Shown here piece after piece: positions 1-7,781 of a stretch of DNA of 44,704 nt. Source of the DNA: a virus. Taxonomy: Duplodnaviria > Caudoviricetes. Below the pieces are notes generated by a model. It saw only the letters and a program-made list of their open reading frames with translations. It searched no databases and was not told where the DNA came from. Within the stretch, counting starts at the first letter, position 1, and each line of letters starts with the position of its first letter. Both the position numbers and the translations under genes were made by a program. The stretch lies in the IMG/VR virus record IMGVR_UViG_3300003970_000020, positions 1 through 44,704 of that record, one strand, 5' to 3'.

Positions 1-243
1 CTACCAGCCGACCAGCGCCGCCCGTGCCCGCTCCGCCTGAGCGAGTGCCCGCCGCACGCCTTCGGGCCACCATTGCCCGCCCCCCGGCCCGGCCATGCCG
101 GCTTCATTCAGGATCGCGGCGACCTGGCGTAGCGAACGCCGCCGCCGGCCAGCGCCGCGCGCCTCCAGCACCAGCCCTAGCCGGGCAAGCTCGGCGGCGG
201 CTCGGATCGTGGCTCGCATGTTGCGTGCGGGCAGGGTGGGCAT
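1..243 (-). CDS. Small protein resembling an isolated recombinase-type DNA-binding domain
   Basis: SLRQVAAILNEAG...GGQWWPEGVRRAL resembles the DNA-binding domain of large serine recombinases; no catalytic domain; GGAGG-like RBS not evident on this strand. Confidence 0.6.
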   Translation of the reverse strand: MPTLPARNMRATIRAAAELARLGLVLEARGAGRRRRSLRQVAAILNEAGMAGPGGGQWWPEGVRRALAQAERARAALVGW

Positions 244-642
244 CGGGCGTGTCTCAGATAGGTGGTGGAGGGCATCCTACCGCATCGGCGCCGCCCTTGC
301 CGCTTCCCACTGGTGCCCGCCCCCCTCCACCCCCGGGGGAGTCGTTCTGGGGCGCGATCGAATCTAGTGACGGACGATCCGACAAAATTCGAGTCGATTC
401 ATGGACGTTGAGAATCGCGCCTGAGGGTAGGCAGCTCCCACCACCGCCATAGGAACGAAGTCCTGCCTGATCCACCGGATCGCAGTGACTCTTTGCGCGC
501 GCCTCATACCAAATCCCAGTGACCGGAACCTGCGGCCGGCAATGCGGGCGCCGGCGACTGAGGGCGGATCGGTCACGATCCGCGGGATTTGGTATCAGCC
601 ATCACCCGCAGTGTCGTCTGGCGCAAATAAGGCTGCCGAAAA

Positions 643-1155
643 TCAGGATGTTGCGCGTCGCCACTGAGCCTCCCAGGCTTGTCCCTCGCCATAGTCATCT
701 AGTTCTGGAAGGAGATTTGCAGCAGTTCCATCGTCATATATTCGACCAATCATGCTCACGTGAAGACTGAGACGGAATTCATCTTTACTAGAAAAATAAT
801 CAATTCCAATACGGAAATCACTGAGTGCGCTCATCCTATCAAAAGGTTGCATATTTTTTGCTTTTGCCATTGCACTAATCTTCCCCGCAAGCGCCAATCT
901 AGCCGCTGTTCGCGCCGAAGCGAGACCTACGATAGTTTCGGGAACCTTACCCATTCGAGCGCTCACAGCAGCAATGATGAACGCAGAAATTTCAATATCG
1001 CGCATCACGTCGCCGTTTCTCCGACTCACCCGCATCTCAATTCCGATAATTGCGATGTCATTTAAGTATAAAAGTTCGTCAGTACTGAACAGTGTTAAGT
1101 AATTTTCGATCGCAGCCGTCCTTTGAATTCTCTTTCTAAAAAGCCATTTCAGCAT
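643..1155 (-). CDS. AT-rich accessory hypothetical protein (~170 aa)
   Basis: Long ORF in AT-rich DNA; ATG at 1155 preceded by GGAGG; ORF track starts at TTG 1233. Confidence 0.7.
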   Translation of the reverse strand: MLKWLFRKRIQRTAAIENYLTLFSTDELLYLNDIAIIGIEMRVSRRNGDVMRDIEISAFIIAAVSARMGKVPETIVGLASARTAARLALAGKISAMAKAKNMQPFDRMSALSDFRIGIDYFSSKDEFRLSLHVSMIGRIYDDGTAANLLPELDDYGEGQAWEAQWRRATS

Positions 1156-1204
1156 CAGATCAAACCTCCATGACACGTGAAACGATAAAGAACACCGCGA
1201 AAAT

Positions 1205-1233
1205 AACTTACTGGTTGTCCGACTTTTTTGCAA
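1205..1233 (-). promoter_or_regulatory. Candidate sigma70 promoter for the 643-1155 gene
   Basis: TTGCAA-N17-TAAGTT on the minus strand. Confidence 0.5.
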
Positions 1234-1509
1234 CGCTGGCAGGGGGGGGGGGGGTGCCCCTCGCGTCGTGGTGGTGCGCTGGCTGATTTCAGGAGTCTGG
1301 CGCTTCGGCCCGCCGCGGCCGGCGGCGTCGCGATGACGCCAGAAAGCGATGATGTAGGGGGCCGCGGCCAGGAATCGCGCTTCTGGTATTTTTCGCCCAA
1401 CCCGGCATTTCGGCCGGTCGGCTGATTTAACTGGTTATCCGATTCGGGCGGTTCCGTGGGACCGTCCCGAGGCCCTGTTTCTGATGGTGCGGGCAGGGGT
1501 GGAGGAAGC

Positions 1510-1617
1510 GGACAAGCCCGGACAGTCCGCGGACAGTCCATTCCCGTCCGCCGGGGCACGGAGCGGACGGACAGGACATATCTCTAGGATATGTCCGTCT
1601 GTCCACGCCCCCTGTCC
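1510..1617. repeat. Putative replication origin of the satellite (GGAC iterons around a palindrome)
   Basis: GGACATATC-N5-GATATGTCC (1574-1596), tandem CGGACAGTCC x2 (1519-1539), several converging GGAC/GTCC units just downstream of the replicase gene. Confidence 0.6.
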
Positions 1618-1634
1618 GGGAGACTGGGTGAAAA

Positions 1635-3758
1635 TCAATTCGCCGTGCCCGATGGAGCGCCAGACCCCGCCCTCCGCCGAATCCATACCCAATCCGCGGT
1701 TGTCCCAATGTGCCCTGCCCGATCCAGCACCATCAGCGCGCGGCGGAGCGCCTTCTCCCGACTGTCGGGTTTAGCGGCATCGCTCACCGGCCGGTGCTCG
1801 CAAGATTCGCGCAGCCTGTCGCGGCCGATTGCCCGGGCACCGCCCGTCTCGACGGACTCCGGTGCGACACCCTCCGCGGTAGCAATCTCGGCGATGCGGT
1901 CGAGCACCGCGGCAGCTACACCTTTCGGCGCGCTTCCGGGTCCGCCGGCCGCCAGCGCCGCCGGCTCCGCGATGCAGGTCCAACGCGGGTCGCCGTCCTC
2001 ATCCGTGCCGAGGCTCACCGCCCGTAGCTTGAAGCCGAAGCTACGCCCGTCCGCGTCGTCCTTCGCACGTTCGACCGTGGCGGCGCTCGGCTCCTGCGCC
2101 GCGCCCCTCTCGACCTTTAAAATGAGGTCCGCAGCCGCGGCGAGCGCACCGGAGCCACGGAGGTCGCCGCCGTCCTTCCGGCCGTGGTGGATCACCAGCA
2201 CATGCGCGCCGGTCTCAGCGCGCAGCATGTCCAACTTGGCGATGAACCCGTTCATGTCCTGCGCCGTGTTCTCGTCGCCGTCGCCGAAAGTGCGGGCCAG
2301 CGTGTCCACCACGATCAGGTCGGCGCCCATGTCGCGTGCTGCTGCGATCACGTCGCGCAGGTCATTCCCCGGCGGCCCGACCATCACCGGCTGTGCGATG
2401 AAGCGGAAGGACTCGCCTGGGTCGCCGATCTCGCGTGCGAGTGCCTGAACGCGCCCGTTGAAGCCGCCTTCGCCCTCGGCCGCGATGTAGAGCACGCGGC
2501 GGCGCCGCTTCACCTTGAACCCCATGAAGGCGTGCCCGAGCGCGATGCACCAGGCCGCATAGAGCACGAGGAAGCTCTTGCCCGCCTTCGGTGCCCCCCA
2601 CCATACCGAGAACTCGCCGCGGGCCATGAGCTGCTTCACCAGATAGTCGCGCGGCTCCGCCTCCGCCGCGTCCGCGACCCTCCGCAGGCGGAGCCGACCG
2701 AAGCGGCGTTCGCACGCCGCCGCTTCGGCCTGCTGGTGCAACAGCGCCACCGCCGGCCCGAATTCATGCTGAACAGCGCCCAGCCACCCTGCCGCGCGTG
2801 CCAGGCGCCCGATCTGCGGCCAGCCCGCGGCGAAGGGCGGGGTAAATCCAGCCCAGCGCCGCGCCAGGTCTTCGGAGTCTTCGGGCTGGTGCCGTTCCGA
2901 CCACTCCGCCCATTGGTCCAGCGTGCCGCCGGCTGCCTTGATCGCATGCCCCATGCGGATCCAGCCTTCTCGGCTGCCATCGTTCGGCGCATGTGCGATG
3001 GCCTCCGCCAGCAACTCCGGCGACGGCGCCAGCAAGCCCGCCGGATCGGCGGCGCCGCGCTCTCCATTAGGCGCAGACGCCTCGGCCGCCCCTGCCCCGA
3101 TGATCGGCGCCACGGCCGCGAGGAAGCCCGTCAGCGCCTCTTCGGTGACGGCGTGCAGATTGGCGCGCTGCACCGCTTCCAGCGGCGCAGCGCGCCACCG
3201 CAGGGGCGCGCCGCTGGGGTGCAGGCCGAAGGCGAGGACATGTTGCCCGCGCCCAAGCACTTCCACCTTGCCCGCTGTTCCGGCAAGCTCCCGCTTCCCG
3301 GGTTCGCCCTCGGCCGCGCGATACACCAGCGCGCGCCGGCCGCTGTTATCGCGGCACCTCACGGGCGCCGCGCCGAGCCAGGCGACCGCCAGGGCTTCGA
3401 TGCGGCCGGCTGTCGCATCGTCGTCAACGTCGATGTCCAGCACCCGCAGCCCGTCGCACAGGATGCCCGTGTTGAGCGTGTCGGCATCGGCGGGTGCGAT
3501 GGCAGCTTCCGGAGGATCGCGCCGGGCGCGGTTCTGCCAGGCTAGGCCGGCTGGGGCCTTCCCGCCCGTGCGCACTGCCAGCGGGCGGTAGCCGGCCGCC
3601 CACAGTCTGCGGCGCAGCGCGGCGACGGTGGCGGGATCATCCGCGGCGATGGGCGCGGCATCGCCCGGCGAAAGCCCGAGAAGGTCGCGCAGCGCGTCGG
3701 ACATGATGGGGGCGGGCGACGGCAGGGCGCCGAGCAGGTCCAGGGCGGCGGGGTTCAC
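1635..3758 (-). CDS. Bifunctional primase-polymerase / PriCT-2 / AAA_25 (RepA-like) helicase
   Basis: N-terminal NTGILC..LDIDVD and GQH..FGLHPSG..W motifs; EGWIRMGHAIK PriCT; Walker A GAPKAGKS, Walker B IVVDT, DEN, HHGRK, RGSGA; GTG start overlaps the upstream TGA. Confidence 0.9.
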   Translation of the reverse strand: MNPAALDLLGALPSPAPIMSDALRDLLGLSPGDAAPIAADDPATVAALRRRLWAAGYRPLAVRTGGKAPAGLAWQNRARRDPPEAAIAPADADTLNTGILCDGLRVLDIDVDDDATAGRIEALAVAWLGAAPVRCRDNSGRRALVYRAAEGEPGKRELAGTAGKVEVLGRGQHVLAFGLHPSGAPLRWRAAPLEAVQRANLHAVTEEALTGFLAAVAPIIGAGAAEASAPNGERGAADPAGLLAPSPELLAEAIAHAPNDGSREGWIRMGHAIKAAGGTLDQWAEWSERHQPEDSEDLARRWAGFTPPFAAGWPQIGRLARAAGWLGAVQHEFGPAVALLHQQAEAAACERRFGRLRLRRVADAAEAEPRDYLVKQLMARGEFSVWWGAPKAGKSFLVLYAAWCIALGHAFMGFKVKRRRRVLYIAAEGEGGFNGRVQALAREIGDPGESFRFIAQPVMVGPPGNDLRDVIAAARDMGADLIVVDTLARTFGDGDENTAQDMNGFIAKLDMLRAETGAHVLVIHHGRKDGGDLRGSGALAAAADLILKVERGAAQEPSAATVERAKDDADGRSFGFKLRAVSLGTDEDGDPRWTCIAEPAALAAGGPGSAPKGVAAAVLDRIAEIATAEGVAPESVETGGARAIGRDRLRESCEHRPVSDAAKPDSREKALRRALMVLDRAGHIGTTADWVWIRRRAGSGAPSGTAN

Positions 3759-4249
3759 GGAGTGCCCCTGTCGTGAAAGGGCACCAAGGCGTAGCGGCGC
3801 GACAGCGGCAGCGCGATGATGGAGGCGCGCACTGCCCATCCCTCATTGCCAGGGGCCGCGTCTCGCGCCGCGATGGCGTCCGCCGTCGCCTGGAGCCCAT
3901 CGGCCAGAAAATTAGCATGGGAGGCGTTCTCCCTCGCCTCATCCCAGGCGTAGTCACCCTTTCCGTCCGCATCTTCCTCCTCTGCGCGTGCAAGGCGAAG
4001 GGCGATGTGAGCGCATTGGGCGTGCGCGGCGGCGTCTGCGGCAAGGGCGCGCAGGCGGGCGAGTAGGAGTGCGTAGTGCGCGGCGTCCTCCCTCACGCGC
4101 CGATGCACCTCCGGCTCGGGCCACGGATCGCGCGGGCCGTCTGCCGGCGGGCGTGCCGCCACACGCGCCGCGATTTCAAGGGCTTGCTTGCTTGGGGTGA
4201 ACGATTGCGGCCGCGCAGGCGGCGCGCTATCTGGCTTGATGTCTGACAT
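3755..4249 (-). CDS. Hypothetical protein
   Basis: MSDIKPDS... start; stop coupled (GTGA) to the replicase. Confidence 0.65.
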   Translation of the reverse strand: MSDIKPDSAPPARPQSFTPSKQALEIAARVAARPPADGPRDPWPEPEVHRRVREDAAHYALLLARLRALAADAAAHAQCAHIALRLARAEEEDADGKGDYAWDEARENASHANFLADGLQATADAIAARDAAPGNEGWAVRASIIALPLSRRYALVPFHDRGTP

Positions 4250-4298
4250 TGTGTGTCTTGCCGTCCCTGGCGTTGCTTCGCCGGGGGCGGCGCTCCTT

Positions 4299-4550
4299 TC
4301 AGGCAACGGTGGGGGAGGGGCGGATCGTCGCGACTGGCAGCGATGCGACCAGCGCCGCCAGCGATGCGCCATCGACGATGGTCTTACGGCCGAGCTTGCG
4401 GAACAGCAGGCGACCCGCGCCCGCCTCGCGATAGAGGCCCGAGCGCGACAGGCCGGAACAGGCGATCGCGTCGGGGATCGTGTAGCCGAGTCGCGCTTCG
4501 GGCGGACGGTGCTGGTGTGTGGGGTGGTTGGTGGAGGTGGTCGAGCGCAT
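4299..4550 (-). CDS. Excisionase/AlpA-like helix-turn-helix protein
   Basis: YTIPDAIACSGLSRSGLYREAGAGRLLFRKLGRKTIV, typical HTH_17/Xis pattern. Confidence 0.85.
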   Translation of the reverse strand: MRSTTSTNHPTHQHRPPEARLGYTIPDAIACSGLSRSGLYREAGAGRLLFRKLGRKTIVDGASLAALVASLPVATIRPSPTVA

Positions 4551-4659
4551 AGGGGTGCCTTTCGTCTGGGATGGCACCGGGGCAGCCCCCAATGCTTCAG
4601 AGGAAATGGCACCCGCCCGCGTCCCAAAAAACAGCTTAATATGCTGTTTTCGCAGGATA

Positions 4660-4694
4660 CTTTCAGGCCGATTTTCAGGCCGATTTTCGGGCCG
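4660..4694. repeat. Three tandem 12-bp repeats (TTTTCAGGCCGA-like)
   Basis: cTTTCAGGCCGA TTTTCAGGCCGA TTTTCGGGCCG upstream of the xis-like gene. Confidence 0.8.
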
Positions 4695-5457
4695 CCGCCC
4701 GCAGCTTGCTGATCCCCGCTGCAATAGTTTTTCTGACAGGGGTTACTGTTGTGGCGGGGGACAACCCACGCCACCAAACGAGCAGATGGCGGGCCTCGGC
4801 ATTCGTGTTGCCTAGGGCCTCGCCAGCAGCAGCCCGTCGCCGGTATTCCTCAAGAATCTTCGGAGTGCCTTTGTTCGGACGCCCCCGTGGGGGTGCGACC
4901 GGTGCGACGACAGATGCGTCGTCCGGCGAATCCGTTTCCTCCCCACCCTCTCCGTCACCCGGCAGGGGCGTCGCAGCGATTTCCGCGGCGTGCTCCTTGT
5001 CTTCTTGCGCGGCCGGCGCCCCCGCGATCCGCTGCATGAAGGCGTCCGCGTCGGATTCGAGCACGAGCGGCAAGGCCCATTCGCCTTCGAACATGAAATG
5101 TGCGCGCATGTCGGGGGTAGGTGCGGGCACGCCTTCCACGCGCCAACCCTGCCCTGCCCACGATGCGTGATCGATCCGCCGCAGCTCGCGCGTGTAGTGA
5201 CCCCGCCAGAATGCGGCTGGAATCTCTGGCATCTCCGGCTGGCCAGCGCGCCATGCGAAGGCGCGGAGCGTGTGCGGTACATGAGCGGTATCGGCTTGCA
5301 GGTCCATCAGGACGGCACTCCAGCCTTCGCCGATCCCGCTAAGCCACAGCACTTGCGCAGTTAGATTTAGGGTGCCGCCGGCGGGGGCATGCAGTGCCTC
5401 AGCGGCCCGCTTTGCCACTTCGCACAAGGAGACATAGCCGGTCGGGGGAGTCAGCAT
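4675..5457 (-). CDS. Hypothetical protein, possible regulator of the satellite
   Basis: MLTPPTGYVSLCE... ORF between integrase and xis; C-terminal RGRP plus a short helical domain. Confidence 0.65.
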   Translation of the reverse strand: MLTPPTGYVSLCEVAKRAAEALHAPAGGTLNLTAQVLWLSGIGEGWSAVLMDLQADTAHVPHTLRAFAWRAGQPEMPEIPAAFWRGHYTRELRRIDHASWAGQGWRVEGVPAPTPDMRAHFMFEGEWALPLVLESDADAFMQRIAGAPAAQEDKEHAAEIAATPLPGDGEGGEETDSPDDASVVAPVAPPRGRPNKGTPKILEEYRRRAAAGEALGNTNAEARHLLVWWRGLSPATTVTPVRKTIAAGISKLRAAARKSA

Positions 5458-5493
5458 CGTCGCGCCTCTGCTGCGCACCCTGCATGGAAAGAC

Positions 5494-5549
5494 GGCGGGG
5501 CAGCCCGGTGCAGAGGTCCAGGCGTTCGGCGGCCAAACCTAGCCCCACC
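5494..5549 (-). ncRNA. C4/CI-like antisense RNA (three-way junction)
   Basis: Outer stem GGUGGGGC/GCCCCGCC, hairpin GUUUGG/CCGAAC, hairpin GCCUGG/CCGGGC with loop ACCUCUGCA complementary to the downstream RBS region. Confidence 0.55.
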
Positions 5550-5672
5550 TCGCAACGATATGTGGGCGATGCCGTCTCGATTCCAGGGCGCTTGCCGCGC
5601 CGTCAACTTGCGGCCAACCATTTCTTGTCGAAGCCGATTCTCACGGCTCCGACTGCGGCCATGGCGGATCAG

Positions 5673-7061
5673 TCAGCCGGCCAACGTCTCGCGGATGCCT
5701 TTGGCGCGGGCTGCGTCCAGGCTGGCGACATCTGCCGGCGCTGGCGGCGCCATCGGCACGACGGCGCGGCGCAGAAGATCCTCCATCGCGTGCGTGACGA
5801 AGGCGCCGTAGTGCTTCTCCACCATACCAACGCTCGTGTCATGCACCTCGGCCACAAGCCGCACAGGCAGCCCCGCGCGTAGCCCTCTCACGATGCTGGA
5901 ATGGCGAAGGCAGTATGGCGTCAGGTCGCCGGGCAGTTCTGCCGCGAGCAGCGCCGCATGCCATGGGCGGGACATTTCCGCCGAGACAGTCCAAGGGCGG
6001 CGCCCGGCTCGCACCCAGGCGGGTAGCTTGCCGGCCTCACGGTCGCCGGCGTTCTGCTCGTGGTGCCAGCGCAGCAAAAGTCTTTCATGTCCGCGCCGCC
6101 CGGCCACCAGCGGGCGCAGTCGCGCCAGAACGTCATCCGGCAGAGGCGTGGCGATCTTCTCCTGTTGCTTATCCGCACGGCCCTTGGCGGAAACCGGGAT
6201 CATCACGCGACGGTTGCCCGGTTGCAGGTCGGCCACCGTCAGCCTCGCCGCCTGATCCAGCCGGCTGCCCGTGGAGGCAAGCACCATCACCAATGCGCCG
6301 AAATCCTCGTCCACTCCGTATGCGGCTTCCACCAACCGTCGCACGTCACCATCGGGCAGGACTTGCTTCTCCCGCGCCCGGTTGTGGCCTTTGGGCGCCC
6401 GCAAGCCTTCGCTGATCGTCGCCAGCGCGCCAGGCAACCTGCCTTTGCGCGCTGCGGCTGTCAGGGCGGCGCGTAGGTCGTTCAGCAGTCTGGCGAGGGT
6501 AGCAGGCGCCAGGGCGGGGGCATCGCCCTTCACGCCACGTCCGCCGCGTTGAAGCGTGCCTTGCCAGTCTGCAAGGTGTTTCTCTGTCAGTTCCGACAGA
6601 ACCACGTCCGCCAGCGGCGCCGCCAGAACGTGATGACCCAGGCGCAGTTCCGCATCCCGGCCAGCCCGTGCGCTCCGGGTCAACCGCATGGCGATATACG
6701 CCTGCACGGCGGATCGCACCGTGACAGCGACGGTTTGCGCGGCTGCGGCGCGGATCGCGGCAGCCTTCCCGCCCGCCCATGCACGCGCGGCAATCTGCGC
6801 CTCGTCAAAGGTCATCGTCTTGACGCCATCGGACGGCTTACCCGGCGTGTCATCCGCCGTGGCGAGTAGGGCCGTTTCGTATGTGCCAGCCCCGAGAAAG
6901 CGGCGGGCCATCCATGTGCCGGCCCGTTTGGCCACTGTGCTGCGCCGGTAGCCGATGTGAACGCCATCCGCGAGCAGCCGGAAGTAAGGCTTGTGGCGAG
7001 GCGTCAGCTTCATCCGCGCCGTCCGGGAATCCATCGCCACTTCCTTCACACGCTTCGCCAT
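5673..7061 (-). CDS. int: Tyrosine recombinase / integrase with N-terminal arm-binding domain
   Basis: STGSRLDQ (catalytic R), YCLRHSS, HDTS, VEKHYG motifs; adjacent to the tRNA-derived att. Confidence 0.93.
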   Translation of the reverse strand: MAKRVKEVAMDSRTARMKLTPRHKPYFRLLADGVHIGYRRSTVAKRAGTWMARRFLGAGTYETALLATADDTPGKPSDGVKTMTFDEAQIAARAWAGGKAAAIRAAAAQTVAVTVRSAVQAYIAMRLTRSARAGRDAELRLGHHVLAAPLADVVLSELTEKHLADWQGTLQRGGRGVKGDAPALAPATLARLLNDLRAALTAAARKGRLPGALATISEGLRAPKGHNRAREKQVLPDGDVRRLVEAAYGVDEDFGALVMVLASTGSRLDQAARLTVADLQPGNRRVMIPVSAKGRADKQQEKIATPLPDDVLARLRPLVAGRRGHERLLLRWHHEQNAGDREAGKLPAWVRAGRRPWTVSAEMSRPWHAALLAAELPGDLTPYCLRHSSIVRGLRAGLPVRLVAEVHDTSVGMVEKHYGAFVTHAMEDLLRRAVVPMAPPAPADVASLDAARAKGIRETLAG

Positions 7062-7140
7062 CGCCCGCCCTCCTGGTCTAATGAGGGTCTAATATCCACT
7101 CAGAACCTTCCGGGGACAATAGGGGATGTGTATATCGTAA

Positions 7141-7153
7141 AATCAATGGCTTG
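7141..7153 (+). promoter_or_regulatory. IHF-binding consensus site beside att
   Basis: AATCAATGGCTTG matches WATCARNNNNTTR exactly. Confidence 0.6.
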
Positions 7154-7198
7154 ACGAGTGTCCAGGTGTTCCAGAGCGTTTATCATGCCCCGACTTAG

Positions 7199-7246
7199 CG
7201 CCCTCTCACGGCGGTAACAGGGGTTCGAATCCCCTAGGGGACGCCA
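7199..7246 (+). tRNA. 3' fragment of tRNA-Glu(CTC); att core duplication, not a complete tRNA
   Basis: Anticodon loop CT-CTC-AC, T-arm AGGGG TTCGAAT CCCCT, 3' acceptor strand ending CCA; the 5' acceptor strand and D-arm are absent upstream. Confidence 0.88.
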
Positions 7247-7432
7247 TTTCCACACACCACAAACTGGCTCTGCGCTGGATGGCTGCGCCATGATGCGCGG
7301 ATTCCCCGCGGTCCTCCCGGCTTGCCTGTTGAGCCGCGGCGCGAAACCCGGGGCACGAACGGGGCGGAGAGATTCCCTTTTCTCCGCACCTGTGGACTTG
7401 GCCGATTCGCGCCACAGGTCAAGGCGCCTTGG

Positions 7433-7445
7433 AATCAAGGGCTTG
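7433..7445 (+). promoter_or_regulatory. Second IHF consensus site, on the prophage side of att
   Basis: AATCAAGGGCTTG matches WATCARNNNNTTR; inverted repeat ACCTGTGG/CCACAGGT at 7388-7419 nearby. Confidence 0.55.
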
Positions 7446-7781
7446 GGCAGCGCGAGTGCGCTTCGGGTTGGCGCTGCGTTTGGGGCTCCAATCGGTCCGC
7501 CACGAACTCTCGCTGCCCTTGGTGACGGCCGCAACTGAAGATGTAGCCGCGAAATGCGACGCTTCTCGGACGCTCGTGCCCAGCATACGCTGACCGGCGG
7601 GACGGGTGGTTCGCAAGCCGCAGTCGACGTCTTTGGCTTCTGCATCAAGGCGCCGCTCGGCGCCCAGCTCTCTTTCCACGTTGGCCGCTCGAAGGACGTC
7701 GGGCGAGGCGGCCCGCCTTCGCACTATGGCCGATCACTCGTCGTGCCTGTACAAGACGTGCCGTAGATCCGGGAAAGCAAC

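Larger units (their letters stand above)
1..7246 (-). mobile_element. Phage-satellite-like integrative element (right part; left end outside the window)
   Basis: Co-oriented integrase, excisionase-like HTH and primase-helicase with no virion genes in view; bounded by a 3' tRNA-Glu duplication next to the integrase 5' end. Confidence 0.8.

Noticed and set aside
7170-7246. Complete tRNA-Glu gene
   Set aside because: Sequence upstream of the anticodon stem cannot supply a D-arm or a 5' acceptor strand complementary to GGGGAC; only the 3' 48 nt match
7250-7780. Protein-coding ORFs between att and the defence cassette
   Set aside because: Low-complexity translations with no RBS or motifs; more likely att-arm and promoter DNA
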